Source of the DNA: Oikopleura dioica
Taxonomy: Eukaryota; Animalia; Chordata
Reading direction: 5' to 3'
Length of the DNA: 64,000 nucleotides
NCBI GenBank assembly: GCA_907165135.1
Contig: OU015567.1
Location: forward strand, 3,472,001 to 3,536,000
Shown: positions 37,010-51,070 of the stretch, piece after piece
Numbering within the stretch: the first letter of the stretch is position 1
How the letters are laid out: each line of letters starts with the position of its first letter
Translations under genes and position numbers: made by a program
Notes under the pieces: generated by a model
The model's input: the letters and a program-made list of their open reading frames with translations, nothing else
The model's database searches: none
Told to the model about the DNA's origin: nothing

Positions 37010-38390
37010 TATTTTTACATGATTCGCAGTTTGAAATTCAGCAGCAGCTCTAAACGGTCCTTTCCGAATTCCCTTGAATCCACCATCAAGGGCAGTCGTT
37101 AGCTCCGATCTTGAAGCATTCCAGCCCACATCTCCTACCCGAACCCTTCTCCACGGCTGATTCAGCTCTTTTTGGCGGCAAATAAAATCTTTGAGGAAAA
37201 TTTCTCTTTTGAAATCATGGAAGACTGCTCACCATTTTCAGAAGTAGCTTCTGTCGAAAGCGGTCCTATTCCAACTTCTCTTCCGTCTCTTGTCAAATGA
37301 CTTCTGTGATCTCTTGATCCATCCGGTCCTATAAACAATAATCCTCTTCATCAAAAAAGCTAGAGTAAATTTCACCTGTGAAAATGATATGCTTCGCTTG
37401 ACCATCAAAACGATCAGCCATTATTTCAAAGAAGAGAAGGAAAAAAGAAACAGTAGCTTTTCGTGTGTATCAACTCGCACCTCAATCGGGAAGGAGTTGT
37501 CTTAGTTGGAGCAACTAGTTTCCACGGGAACCGTAAAAATTAAAATCTCAGCAAAGAACTCCCAAAATCTTTGTGGAAACAGACAGGTTTGCAAATAAAG
37601 AAAGGTCTTTCTTTTCAAAATTCTGATGAAAACACCAAGAAAATGGTCGAATTTCTTCCCACGAGTTAATCAAATTTCAACACCTTGAAATCATGAAAAA
37701 GATAACCGCTCATAATCCGCCTTTATTGCTTCATAAATCGAGAAAATAAAAAGAGGCTCATGAAATCGTCCAAAATGGTGTGAGTCAATTTCGTGATTAA
37801 AGAAAAGAAGCCGCGTTTTTCAAAAGGGGGATGAAAATATTGTCGAGTTTTTCTATTTTCGAGAAGAAAAATATCCCCGATCGAAATTGTTACGCGCGAT
37901 CGATATTGGAGGCATCTGCTCGGCATCTCCGTCCATTTAATAATTTATCGATCAATGGCTATTTCTGCCAGCTCAGTTTCCATCAGTTTCAATAAATGAA
38001 CCGATCGGTTAGAATCTAACAAAGTTGTTAGCCGCGTATTTATGATAGAAAAACAATAGCTTTTCGACTCATTTGTCAATCAATCGCTTTCCGGAAAGTG
38101 GCCCTAATTAGTAATTAGTACATCCGGACAATTTCACTTGAGGGTCAGTTCCTTTGTGTGACTCCAGTGGTCCCAACATGGGTCGATGCTTTTGTCGTTG
38201 AAAACAGCTCCTCGCGCGCATTTTCTGAATTCGAAATTGCGCGCACTTTTTCACGCCGGTCGACTGAGTCGCCGAGCAACGGAACTGTCTCGCAGACTGG
38301 CCGGGGAACCTTAGCCCGTTTAGCCAACCATTCAGACAGTTCTGACGCTCTGGGCGACTTTTGTGATGATTGATCTCTGGAATGATTCAT
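37010..38390 (-). CDS. Possible uncharacterised spliced gene
   Basis: ORF 38145-38390 and a terminal coding-like frame FICRQKELNQPWRRVRVGDVGWN...GGFKGIRKGPFRAAAEFQTANHVKI*; joining them needs frameshifts or unknown splices. Confidence 0.3.
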
Positions 38391-40714
38391 CTCTCTTGGT
38401 AGACAGCGGCTAGGATGATTGAGCGAGCAAAGAAAGTTTTCAGTTAGTCAGTGATATACCCTTAATTTTAGGAATTAAGGGAAGTGGGAACCAAACACTG
38501 TCCTTGCTGCTTGATCATACAGTAGCCTGGCTTTTCGTAGAACAATAATCTCTGAAGTTGTTGAATCTCTCTGTTTCTAGGGTCGAAATTAAGGGTATTA
38601 AAATGATTAATAATTAAGGGTTAACTATTGTTTAATTCTCAATTATTGGTACATGTTTATTGAATAGGTAAACCCTTAAAATGCTAAAGAGAAAATAAGG
38701 GTGTAGCTTCAGAATAAGACCTCGACGTTAAAGAGGGTAGAGCCTTAAATTAACATGGAGAAAATTCAAATGACGCGCTATTTACGAACCTCAAATATTA
38801 ACTCTACTGCTGTACTAATAATGAACACAGTTTTCACTCGCCCAAAGGGGAAAGCGTTACGCCCTTAGGCAGAATCTTATCTCTTTGGTTCTTGACAAAA
38901 AGTAGAAAAAGTGGTTCAGTTGTGTGTTTTTGAAAAAGGAGGGCGTCTCTACTACGGCGCGGGTCGGTAGTGGCGCGCCGATTCGATTTTTACTACGATC
39001 GAGGAGACGCGCGGGCGGCGAGGGAAATCAGCCGCGCTGATTGGTGGAGGAGCTGGAGCGTGGGCGCCCCAGTCGCAACTGAACAGGCGCCGAGTAATCT
39101 GCTCCTCTCGCGCCCGCTACTCAGCCTTGCTTTATTGAAATTCTGTAGAAAGCGCAAATAAGGGCGTCAGCTCGATAACTTCTAATACTTAGATCGACTG
39201 TAGTACTTCTATTTAAACAGTTCCCGAGTTGATACTCTCGCTAATTTAGCGAGATTTTACTAATTTAAAGTTTTTATTTCAAATATTAATTGAATAAATA
39301 AAAATTAACTCAATCTCTCATTTTATTATGAATCATCTTTTGTATGTAAAATGTCGTAAGAAGATGTCACTTTTCCAAAATTAGAAAACAACCTTATTTC
39401 GATGTTTTCGGAAAAAGAAATAAATTCAATAATCGATCGATGACGCTCGGCAAAGCCGCAGCGTTCGAGCTCCGAAAACATCCTCAGGAAGCGACTGTAA
39501 TTCTTCCGTTACAAGCTGGCTTTTTCAAAATAACTTGAAATAGACTTTTTGCTCGCCTGTTTCAGTACAGAATCAGTACTTTAGATACAGCCGTTTCTTT
39601 CTTCGAGATTGTCTATTGCTAGTTTTAATTGAATCAATTTTGTAGCAACGGCTAATTATTATTTAATTATTTTATATTAGTATAATTATATAATAATTAA
39701 ATAGATATAAGTAATTAAATAGGTAGTTAATTTAATTCTTAGAATCGAAAATTCAAATTTCATTTGAAAATTCTTTCTCAGGAATAATTTTCGGTCATGA
39801 AATTCAGAATAGAATTTTAAAATTCGGTGTTTATTAATTCAATATTGCGTTAGAAATTGAGTCATTACAGTGTGTGACGGTAGGCGCGGGTGGTGGGTGG
39901 TGCGAAATCGCGTTTTGGCGAAAATTCTCTTTTTCGAGTCGGATTCGATTCGGCGCATTTTGCCCGGAGGCGCGGTGGCGCCAATTGCGACTGGCCGTTT
40001 TCGCGTCGCCTGCGCAATAGCCCGCCCACGCTCAAGCCCTGTCCAGCCCGCGAAGCCACCCGCTGCCCTCCGATTTTCCCTCTTCTCTCTCTCTCCTATT
40101 CCCTTAATTAGTAGCCTCTTCTCCCTTAGTAGCTTCTCTCCCAGCCTCGCCCTTTGTCCAAGAAAGAAACTCCCTTTTTCCCAAAAAGGGAAAATCTCTT
40201 TTTGGGAGAATTTAATTCTAGAGAATCGGAAACAAAGAAAATTGAAGAAATTATGGCGATTTAGGACGATTTTGGCGAAGAATAAAAGTTATTGATTTGA
40301 AGAATTTACGCGCTCTGAATTTTGATCTAAGGTAAATTTAAACTTTTTGCATTTTTCGCTCGTTTTTATAAAAACTTAATTATTTATCAGCAATTTATTA
40401 AGTAAATTGAAGTTAATTATTTGATTACACGTTATTATTTTGATAAATTTTAAACTAGAAAAAAAATAAAAGTTTAATTATCATATCATAGTCTATATAA
40501 ATTATTATATATGTTATTACATAATAAATAATTATTATGAATCATAGATTTTAAAGTATCTTTGAAGTCCGTGTTTACGACTCCGTAAACATGTTTTATG
40601 ACTCTTTTATTTAGTAATAAATAAATCTATTCGTAAATTATTGGTCAGAAATCTCCAGATGCCGAGGAACATGTAAAAGATTTAATTCAGGCTGTAGGTC
40701 GTCCCAAGGCTAAA

Positions 40715-43265
40715 ATGTCCGAACAAGAAGTGTCCCAGCTTAGCGCCGAGATCTCCTCCAATCTCAACGTTTCCTCTCCTCCAGAGCAAGGTACGCATCG
40801 ATGAGAAAGCTTATCAGAAATTATCTTATGATTTGAAAATTAGAAAATTGATATGTCATCAAGGATGTAATCCAGATTATAGAAAGTCGCATAAATAAAA
40901 AAATAAGAAAACTTGAAAACTTTCAAGACTTCTTTTAAGGGACCTGGGCGAGCAGCGCTGAGCCAAATTTCACGCGCTCGCCGTTCTTGTTAGAAATACG
41001 ATTTTTTGAAATTTCTTTTTGTAAATTATATCTTCAAATCTTCAGCTTTCTCTTCCAATTCTTAGTTTTTCGCTATCATTCTTGGTTGATGAGCTAGCGA
41101 GAAAAAAAGAAGCCCAACTTCAAAAGGCATCAAGTCTTGAAAACTTTATTTTTTCTTCATGAAACTTGTACCATTAAAAAGCGCATTAAATTCTGAACAG
41201 ATCCCACCCAATCAGCTAAACTAAATCGGTACTTATTGGCTTGTAAGGCCAGATAAAGAAAATTACTTAGCGCGCGCAGCTTGTCGCGGCACGGCTGGAC
41301 GCTCCGATTTAGCTATTTTGGGCTTCCTGGACATGATTCCCGCTGGGCGGGGCTAAGTTATCTTGTTTATCTGGCCCTACTCGCGAATGAGTACCGATTT
41401 AGTTTAGCTGTTCAGAATTTAATGCGCTTTTTAATGGTACAAGTTTCATGAAGAAAAAATAAAGTTTTCAAGACTTGATGCCTTTTGAAGTTGGGCTTCT
41501 TTTTTTCTCGCTAGCTCATCAACCAAGAATGATAGCGAAGAACTAAGAATTGAAAGAGAAAGCTGAAGATTTGGAGATATACTTAACAAAAAGAAATTTC
41601 AAAAAATCTTATTTCCAACAAGAACGGCGAGCGCGTGAAGTTTGGCTCAGCGCTGCTCGCCCAGGTCCCTTAAGACTTCTTATTGTAAAGTCTAGTCAAT
41701 CTTATTGAAGATAAGCCGCGCGCGGCAATTATTTCTTATTCTTTTTGTAATCTAAATCTAATAGCTTTGGTTCTAGAGCCCAAGAGTCAAGTCCAACCTC
41801 CCGTTCTCCAAGTAGCCGCCAATGCCGATTTGAACAACAACCCTGCTGCCGAGCCGCAGAAGCCAATTCAAAACCTAGAAGCCGCTGTTCTCCAGCCGCA
41901 AATTAATCAGCCTTCGATGGGCTCGGTCGGACAAATGCAGCAATTGCAGAACACGCCCGTTGCTTCCGACAAAATCTGGTGTCGATTTCTTATTCCTTCC
42001 AAAGTTGCTGGAGCCATCATTGGTAGAGGCGGAGCTACTATCCGAGCTCTCCGAGAAGAGGTAAAAGGACAATTCCAGAACCATATTTTCAGCCGCATCC
42101 GGCTTTTTATCGAATTCGATTATCGAAGCAAATGCTTTCTGACTTTGAATTCAGTTTCAAGCAATCATCAATATTCCAGAAGCACGAGCTCCCGAGCGCG
42201 TTTTGAAAATCTGCGTCAATAGGTAACATTTCTCTTTCGCATTTCAGTGAATACATTATTTATAGTCGTGAAAAGCTACACACGATTGTTGCGCAAATCG
42301 CCGACATCCTCAAGAACGAAAATGCCAAAGGATCGCACAATGGGCGGCGAAAAGAAGGCGAAACAGAGCTGCGCATTTTGGTTCAATCGAGCCAGGCCGG
42401 AGCGATTATTGGGACGAAGGGATCTACTGTCAAGAATCTAAGAGAGGTACAGTCAGTCAAGAAGGTTACCGAACCTTACCCCTTTCTTTTTCGAATTCAT
42501 ATTTTAAATTAACTTTAGACGACTGGCTCGCGAATCAATATTAACCCCGAATGCTGCCCAAACAGCTCCGAGCGCGTCGCCGCCATCATGGGTATGTTTC
42601 TAAGGCTCTCCCAGCGATTAATAATGAAATTCTAGGGCCACCTGCCACCGTGGTGAAATGCATCTCAATGATTTATGACATTCTGGAGCGCGTTCCTGCC
42701 AAGGGAAATGAACAGCGCTACGATCCGAACATGTTCGACCCGACCTACGACTATGGAGGTAAATATCCATTCAATCCATCCTTTTTTTATCCATTCTTTC
42801 AGGATACGGTTTCGACCCGCGACATTCAAACGAGCAATTCATCCCATACACTCGGCCGCCATACCCATATGGCATGCCGAACGAGCGATTTATGCATCAG
42901 CCTGGACCATACGGAAACTCTCCACCTTTCTACCCCCAGAATTTCGTCAGTCCAGGTCGATTCCCTGGCCCTCCTCAGCAAGGAGCTCCACCTCAGCAAG
43001 GTATCAATCAACACTTCAGTTGATTGCTTTTAAAAATCGAGAAGCCGCTTGCAACTTCGAAGTTCCTGTCTTTCATCTCATCCAAAGCCAAAGTTTCTCA
43101 AATGACTTTTTAGATTTCTCGCCACAGCGTCACAACCAGCAGCAGCAGAACCAGCCCCGTCAACCCTCTGGCCCTCCCCCGACCCAGAGCTTTGGCCAGG
43201 GTGGCCACCGAGGCGGCGGTCACCAGGGAGGCGGACCAAGACCTTTCCGTGGCGGTCCTCGATAA
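40715..43265 (+). CDS. HNRNPK: hnRNP K-like protein with only two KH domains
   Basis: KH1 CRFLIPSKVAGAIIGRGGATIRALREE; KH2 LRILVQSSQAGAIIGTKGSTVKNLRE..RINI; hnRNP K signature PAKGNEQRYDPNMFDPTYDYGG; P/Q/G-rich tail ending RGGPR* (TAA 43263-65). Confidence 0.9.
40927..41681. mobile_element. 739-bp foldback DNA element with 8-bp target duplication, in hnRNP K intron
   Basis: Arms 40935-41271 and 41352-41673 (termini TTAAGGGACCTGGGCG...CGCCCAGGTCCCTTAA); GACTTCTT directly repeated at 40927-34 and 41674-81; ~80-bp loop. Confidence 0.9.
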
Positions 43266-45903
43266 AATATTGATAAAAAAAGTCAAAAGTAAAACAACAT
43301 CAAAGTAAACCCTCTTTAAACACCTTTCTTTTAAATTTTTTAAAACTCCCCTTGAGATGTCCAAAAGTTCAAAATTTCCATTTTGGTTCAACAAAATTTT
43401 CAAAATCCAAGGTTCAAGTTTTCAAGTTCACCGGCATTTTTTATTTTTATCCTTATATTTTTTCTCTCTATATACTTACTTGCTATTGTCAATTATCTCT
43501 CGGGCTTAGATCCTATGATTTTAGGTTCGGAATTCAATATTGGGTACCCTAATCTATCCGGAAAGACCTGTCAATTAAGGGTATCTCTCCTAAATGACGA
43601 ACCAAGCGCCCTTGTTTTTTGTAGCTCCCTCGATATTATCTACTCCGTACAGTATCATCATTTACAGAATCTTTTATCGCCAATTTAAATTACAGTAATT
43701 TATCTTTCTTGTAGTTGTAAACCATTATTTTTCTCGTCATTTTTACTGTCATTTTTTCTGAAAATCGGGTTCTCCGATTCTCTTTCTTTTTTTCTTTCGT
43801 CAGATTCTAAATCTGACTTTTTGACTCTGGGCGCGGCACAAGTACCTTGACTACAGTAACATTTTAAAACCCCGCACAGAATGATCCTTTTTATAATCTT
43901 TTTGCTGACACAACACAAAATATCTTTTACAAAAAAAAATCCCAAACTTTTTCTGTCGAGCTTGTGTATTTTAAACTCGCTGGCGCATCTTCGTAAAAAA
44001 AACTTAACTAAAAAATAACAGTGCCTTTACTTTCTTTTTCAATATCTCAAAACTATAAAAAAAAAACTATAAAAATTTCCTGACATCGAAATGAATTCAT
44101 AAACGAAATCAGTCACCAAACGCAATAATACTATTTTTGGCCCGCTTCTTTGGCCGAATATCGAATATTTGCGCCGTTCTATTTTGGTGGGTTTTTTCTA
44201 TTCACGATAAATATTTATTTTACTATTTCCTGCTGTACTTGAATTATTCAACTTTTAAAAATACTGGCTTTTCTTGCCTCGGGCGAAGGTTCTTCCGCCC
44301 TGAGGGGAGAACGCACCACTCTTTTCTATATTTTTTGCGCCGCAGAAAATAGCCCAGTCAGTATCTTTTTTCGCATATTTTGGCGATAGAAACCATTTTG
44401 ATTTGTAGCTCTGAAATCAATCATCATCGAATTAGGTTAGGTCCCGGCCGTTAAAATCTCCGGCGTCAATTTCTCGGGCCTTTTTTTGGATCAAAAAATG
44501 GTCAACAATTTGTCCACTGCTCCCATAAAATCCTAAAAAAGCTTAAAAAGTGCGATTTCTGATGAATTTCTTCCAAAAAACTGAAGTTTAATTTATCAGA
44601 AAAGCTCGTGCTCGCCATTTTCTGACTGGGCATTTCTGCTCTATAAATAATATCTCAATATCTTGTTCATTCTTGTTCAAAAATTACGTTCTTATGTTTC
44701 AATTCTTGCATAGTTCCTAGTTTCGAGTTTTGCGAAGAAAAAAAACAACATCCTTCTTTTCCATTTCGCATAATTTCTATTCAAAGGAGTGAATTCTTTT
44801 TCTTTCTTTCCGAAAGAATAAATTTCTTTGAGACGGTTTTTCAACAGAACATTTTTATTCGGCCAGACTTTATACTCAAAATTTGGTATATAATGATTTT
44901 CTATTTCATTACTGCAATGCAATACTATTTATATACTGTATTTGTCTTATGTTCTGAACGTTTTCCGTCTGAAATGTGTTTTCAAGTTCAATAAATTAAC
45001 TTTCGATTCATAATTTCGACTCTTCTGTTTCATTCATTTTTACCCTGACTCAGGATTTCTGAGTAAGAGAGCTGCAAACAGGGCCTTATGCAGGGTTAGG
45101 GTAAGAGCGTTTTTGTACAGAAGAAGCAGGGTCGAATTATACAGTGAGAGATGAAAGCGACTGTTCCGCAAGATAAACATCATGTTCCAACGAAACCTTG
45201 TTGAAGCTCGAATACTAGCAAAAGTTCTGTTCTAAAACAATTGAGGTTATTTATTCATTCTTAAGCTAAGTAGTGTATTTAATTATTAATTCAAACGTCG
45301 TTTTGAGATACAGATAGAATGTACAGTTAGGCTCGAACTGGGCCGACCTTTGAGAGTTCGGAATATTCAGGGATTGGCACTTGTACCTACACTGTAGGTC
45401 CTATAGTTCCTTCAACACTGTAAGATATTAAAAGTAGGTCAGATAAGGGTACGGCAAGGAGAAAGGTACCAAACCCTTGTGTATTTAAAAATCGACATAA
45501 AACGAAACAATTTCGTGATTCGAGCCTATCAATGAATAAGGTATCATTCATTTTATATTTTTCAAAACCTCTGTCATCTGTGATTTCATATTTTTCTTCC
45601 TTTATTTCGAAAGCTGACTTGAATTTAGACAAAGAATAGTTACATATTGCGTCCATTTGCTTCGCAAGCCCGTCCCTGCTTCTTAACTACTTCTGCATTC
45701 TCTCTCAAATATTAATAGCGGAGCTGCAATTTTAATCCCTTTTTTCGAAAGTCAGGCACCAGATACATTCCGCAAATAACTTGCCATCGAGGTTTTGAGG
45801 AACACAAAACGTCGAGGTTGATTGTCGGACAAAGTTTTTTTTTTACAAATAAAGAGACAGAGAGTGAGGGAGAGGAAAATTGAGTACAGTAAGAGACAGA
45901 ACG

Positions 45904-46813
45904 ATGGATCAGCTCGGAGATTTCTTTGACAGGGAAGGGCTGGAATCGAAACTGGACCAAAAATTTCAGAACTAAATGACCAAGTTTCAAGCCCGAAAAA
46001 GAGCTCAAAGAATATCAACCAATGGACCGAACAAGTAAGAATTTTTTTCTTGAATACTGTCTTGACAAGACCGAATTGTCGATTCTTCTCAAAGATGAAT
46101 GTTCTCACTAGCATCCGATCATCAATATAAAAATAAAATATTGAACATCCTAATTTTAATTTGACACGTGGAAATCGTCAACATTGAGGAATACTTCCAA
46201 ACTGATGCTTTTCTCAGCGATTTTCATCTGACAGAGAGCATTTCTTATTGATTGCAGCAATTCAATTTGAAAAACTAAGCTGGATAAGTGGCGTTAAATT
46301 GAATTTAAACGGGCTAGTTTTTTCTCCTACAGAATATTAAAGTTTCAAGCGAATTTTTCGTGACCCAGGATGTTCAGGTTCAATCTTTTTTAGTAAAGGA
46401 GTGACCCCCTTAATCTGTTTTTAGAGAAAGAACATCAGTCGAAAAAAGGGAAAAGGAACTGCGGTCGAAGCTAAAAGAGCAAGGAGATGCAAACAAGAAG
46501 AATATGATGCTCTCAAAGAAAAATGAAAAAGCAGGTGAGTTGATTGCCTGATTACATCTGCGTTTAAATATTTCAGAAAACGAGGGAGCTTTTAGAAACT
46601 CGCCCCCGAAGAATGGAAAATTGCAAAATAATCACGAACAAACAGGGCCGAAATCGAAATATAAAGTAAGTTCAAGATCATACATATAAACATGAAGCTT
46701 GTTAAATTTGGATGGTACTTCATTGTTGTTTTTAGGCAGGAAATACGATGAAACAGAGGAAACTGGAGGAAAAAGCGAATAAAGAAAAGGAGTCACAAGT
46801 ATTAATATCATAA
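45904..46813 (+). CDS. Possible small Lys/Glu-rich uncharacterised gene
   Basis: Exon-like frames MDQLGDFFDREGLESKLDQ.., RTSVEKREKELRSKLKEQG..|ENEGAFRNSPP..|AGNTMKQRKLEEK..* with GT-AG boundaries; needs one frameshift. Confidence 0.3.
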
Positions 46814-47578
46814 AATGAGTTCATTAAAAAATTTTTCATGCCCAAATTCTTGAAAACTTGAATCCTAATTTCAGAGAAAAAAGGCCTTATTGGACGAATG
46901 AAATCTTCAATCTTCGACACTTGAAAATTAGTTATTTTTGCATTTTTAATAATAAATAAATTCGACAAAACAAAACCTTCTACCTTTTAAAAAACCCTTT
47001 GCAAGTTTTAATAACCATTTACATGACTGTAAGATGACAGAGTAAATTTCAAGTTAACACAGTCCCAAGTCGATTCTTCCTTCCGATATTTGCTAAATGA
47101 TCGTCCGTCATTTTTCAAATTTTCGGAGCTTTAAATAAATTCAACTTTAAATAGCAAGACGGAAATTGAAATTGAGAAAGATACAGTTTGTCCCAGTTCT
47201 CTCTTTTTGGGAAAAATATATTGATTGTAAATTTTGGCAGAGAATGGCATTTAGGAAGCTCATTCTGCTTTATTGAAGCAAAGCAAACAGGCTTTACGCA
47301 AACTTCTGCAACATCTCTTGCTATTAAATCTGCACTCGGCACCGGAAGAATTTCTAGAAAGAAGAAAAAATTGAAAAAAGGGGCTGAAAAGAGACTGAAG
47401 CCCGGCCAGTTTGTTTGTGTGTGACTCTTACAGAATCAAAGCTACAGTCACTGGAGGTTCAAGTTCAAATAAGTACGCTGATTCGGCGAGAAGAACAAGC
47501 TGATTTTCGAAATATACAGAGAGTCATAAACTGGAGGGAGAAAATATTGGGAATCAAGGAAGAGAATAGATAGAAGCA

Positions 47579-49750
47579 ATGCTGGTGAAATATATCTCTC
47601 TCGCCTTAGGCGTACTAGGAATCGTTTTTTTTTTATTTCCGGATTCTATTTTCTTAGTTTTTCTTTCAAAAAACGATGTCAGAAATGCTGATTTATGCGA
47701 ATACCTTCTACGGCATCCCCTTTATCCAGCAAATTTTCACAGACCAAAAAGTTTTCATGAAGGAATTTTGTTCAGAAGAAGATTATAATGCCGGCAAATA
47801 CTGTACTGAGGCAAGTGAAATGGTTGGAACAATGTGGACGATTGGAACGATATTTTCATGCTCGGGGCCGATTATTTTCGGAACATTGCAGCAGCTTATT
47901 GGCAGTCACTGGACCAGGTGAATTAGATTGATGGTTTTAAACTTTGCGCGGTTATGGGGCAGTAATGCTCCGCAAATATTACGTAGACTCCTTGCGAACT
48001 CGTTTGACGGGTCAGCGCGGGTTAGATTTCACTAAAGGTCGAATTCTGTTACTGGAAGACCGGTATTTCTTCCTTTATCTTGTTCGTAGGGTCGTTGCAG
48101 GAACACTGTCTACAGTAGGACTTCTGTTAATGTCCTTCTACAAAACTAGTGCATATTGTTTGCTCGTTGGAGTCACCTTTGTTGCATTTCCTTCCATTGC
48201 CTATATCATGCTAAACTCCTATGTCGCGCCAATTTACAAAGCCATCACGACCACCTTGAAACGGATTGTCAAGTTTTTTTGAGTCATTAAAAATGAGCAC
48301 TTGAAATCCGAAATACAGATCGTCATGATTCCTGGATTGATTAACTCCTCAGCAACATCGTTGTTGATTGCGAAAAAGCTTTATGAATCAACAATAACTT
48401 GGTGTACAACTGATGACCAGGGCAAAGAGGAGTGTTCAAATGGACTTCCGTTGGACGTTTATTTCATGATTTTGTTCATTGGATCGTTTTTGATTCACGT
48501 GAGGACCTTCTTTTTCATGCCTGCTGTTCCGGTCCGGCTTCGAAATCACCAATTGCTTTCGTCATATTGTTAATAATTTTTTGAGCCAAAGAAAGATTCC
48601 CAAAAATGTAGATGGATTCAACATGATGAAAACTTCCATCGTCATGAAACTCTGCTGCCACAAAGAAAACAAAATCGAAGCAAACGATGTTCCCGTCGGA
48701 AAACGACCTCCAATGAAAGATCACTGGCCGCACATAAAATCCGCCATTTTTCTCATCTACGCCGTGTACTACAGTATCGTCACTTTTCGCATCAACTCAA
48801 TCAGAGGTTTTATTATCATTGAGTTTCGTACTCATATGAACTCTAGGTTGGATGACGTCGTGGATCCAATTCGCTTACAGATCTCTTGACTGTAGTGAGT
48901 TCGACCACATAGAAAAATGCGAAGAGAAAATCGAGGAAACAATCCTACTTTTAATTGATATCAACGGATACGCGTATTTCTCACTTGCCGTCATTCCATT
49001 TCTTCCGGCTTTTTTGATCAAGTTCTTCACAAACAGATATCCGAGCGACTATCCCTTCGCCGAGATGAGAACAAAGGTATAACTTCTGCCCGTGTTTCAT
49101 TTCTAGAAAATTTTTCAAGCTGAACGCTCTCCTGATCCAAATGACATTTTGCATCATCGTCGCTGTCGTTTGTTCAATAATGATGACTTTTCCTGCCTCA
49201 GCTCCAGATTCAATCGGCCTTGCCATCAGCTTGATCTCTCTTTCTGTTTTTATCGTCCCACTTCATTATGCAACTCCATGGCTAGTAAGTCAAATAATTT
49301 TCAAGCTCAAAATTCACTTTATTTAGCTTCTTTTTTCGTACTTTCCGCCACCAATGTCTCAATTTCTTTATGCTGTTCTGACGATTCCGTCAATTTTTAT
49401 CAGCTTTCTCAACGATCCTCTTTATAAAATAATCCTCGGCGGAGCAACAGAAGCTAAAGACTACGATTTCACAGCAGGTCAGTCAAAAAAAAACTCTTAA
49501 GAAGCCAGGTGATTGAGAAAAATTTCCTTCAGTATCTTACGGAATGGCAGCTGCATCTGGAATCTGCATACTCTCAGTTGTTTACATGTTCTTCGATATC
49601 CGAAAAATGGTTTCGAAGAAAGAATCCGATTGGGCATCATCTGGGTCCCCGAAGATTGAGAAACGAATTTCGCTACAGGAAGAAGGCGATGATAATTTGG
49701 CATTCGACTCGACGGAGAAGAATTACGAGCTTGAAAATACTGATTTTTAG
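47579..49750 (+). CDS. MFS transporter, SLC43 (LAT3/LAT4/ENBT1)-like
   Basis: Multiple TM exons; first extracellular loop with two Cys (YGIPFIQQIF..FC..YC.EASEMVGTMWTIG), GPIIFGTLQQLIGSHWTR, IPGLINSS, second Cys-containing loop, acidic C-tail. Confidence 0.75.
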
Positions 49751-49833
49751 AACTGCTGTGCTATTACTTCCAATAGGCTGTATGAATTGGTCAGAATAAG
49801 GCTTCTTTTAGTTTATGAAAAAATCACAGAAAT

Positions 49834-51070
49834 TTAAATAGTCTTTTGCCATTTTCGCATGTACGCTAAAAGTTCCCACTCATCCATGCTCATGATTTGA
49901 TCATTAACATAATGTTCGCAATGAATTTGAAGTTGCCGCACTTCTTCCTTCATATTTTCAAATCCAAACTTTTCAATCTTCTTCCATAGAGTCGCATTCG
50001 CATGTTTATAAAGAGCACCATCAAGTCTTTCGCGGAAAAGAATGCGTTTTTTCGTTTCCTCGTTCAGATCGTTCTCGGTAAAGCCTTTTTTCTTATTCGA
50101 GTTAGATTTGAGGTAAAAAATATCGGTGAATTCCAGTTGCATGAGGTCCTTCAGAAGAATAAGGCTTTCATCGAAGTATTCTGTGATCATGACTAGATCG
50201 TAGTAATCAACAAGCCACTTGCCAAGTTCGTCCTCGGACATTGTTCTGTACATATAAGAAAGACCTTCAAAAATAGCTTTATCCTTCTTGGAAAAATTAT
50301 ATTTTACCAAGATCGAACGCCGCCGGATTACGAGTATTCTCGGATATAACTGCTTTCCTTGTATTGTCGATGATTCGGGGTGAAGTTTTTGCAATAAACC
50401 TCTCAAGTGTGCCAGCAGTTTGACCCTTTTCATTGACCCCGAAAACTGCATTGCCGAAGTACTCAAACGCAGAGACGAATTGAGAAAGTGGTTCGCGTAG
50501 TATCGTTATTTTTGTGGCATTTGGAAGAGCCCTGTCGATTTCTTGAGAGGGTTTTTGACACGAAATGTCAAGTCCACCGATAGAATAAAGTCTAAGATTA
50601 CCCCTTACTCTTATATTAATAAACTTGTATTGAAAGGTTTTAATAAAAAAGTTTATCTATGACTTTCAGTTTCAGCAACCCTTTCCTTTTGACCAGACAT
50701 GATGATTGGCAATGACATTATAGTTGTGTTCATCGGTGCACGAGAGTTGAAATGGTCTATGCTTGCAAAGATAATTTGTTCTCCCCTTTAGTTGGAGCTT
50801 TGGAAACCCGACTCGGAGTTCTTCCTTGATTGCAAGTCGGAAAATCATGTTTAGCATAGTGGTACTTCCGGTTTTATGAGCTAAATAGGTTAATCGTTGA
50901 GAATCAAAGAAAAGAGACATACTTTTTAGAAAATAAATATTTCTTTTCGGCCAAAAACTTCTCTTCACTGTCAGTTCCTGACTAGTACTTGAATGCTCCA
51001 TGCCAAAAAACAACGAACAATACAAAATAAAACACAGAAATGTCATTGGGATAAGTTGTAATTCTCTCAT
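49834..51070 (-). CDS. Galactose-3-O-sulfotransferase (GAL3ST family), type II membrane
   Basis: TM, IYFLK|AHKTGSTTMLNMIFR, ITILREPLSQFVSAFEYF, RNPAAFDLG, YDLVMITEYFDESLILL, LDGALYKHANATLWKKIEKFG. One frameshift in an A run after FDLG (~50320). Confidence 0.92.

Noticed and set aside
40935-41673. piggyBac or Kolobok assignment from the TTAA ends
   Set aside because: An exact 8-bp direct repeat (GACTTCTT) lies outside TTAA, so TTAA is part of the TIR, not the target duplication.
45712-45800. GNAT acetyltransferase motif (GMYLVPDFRKKG) on the minus strand
   Set aside because: A short motif followed quickly by a stop, with no rest of the fold and competing coding-like frames; unsupported.
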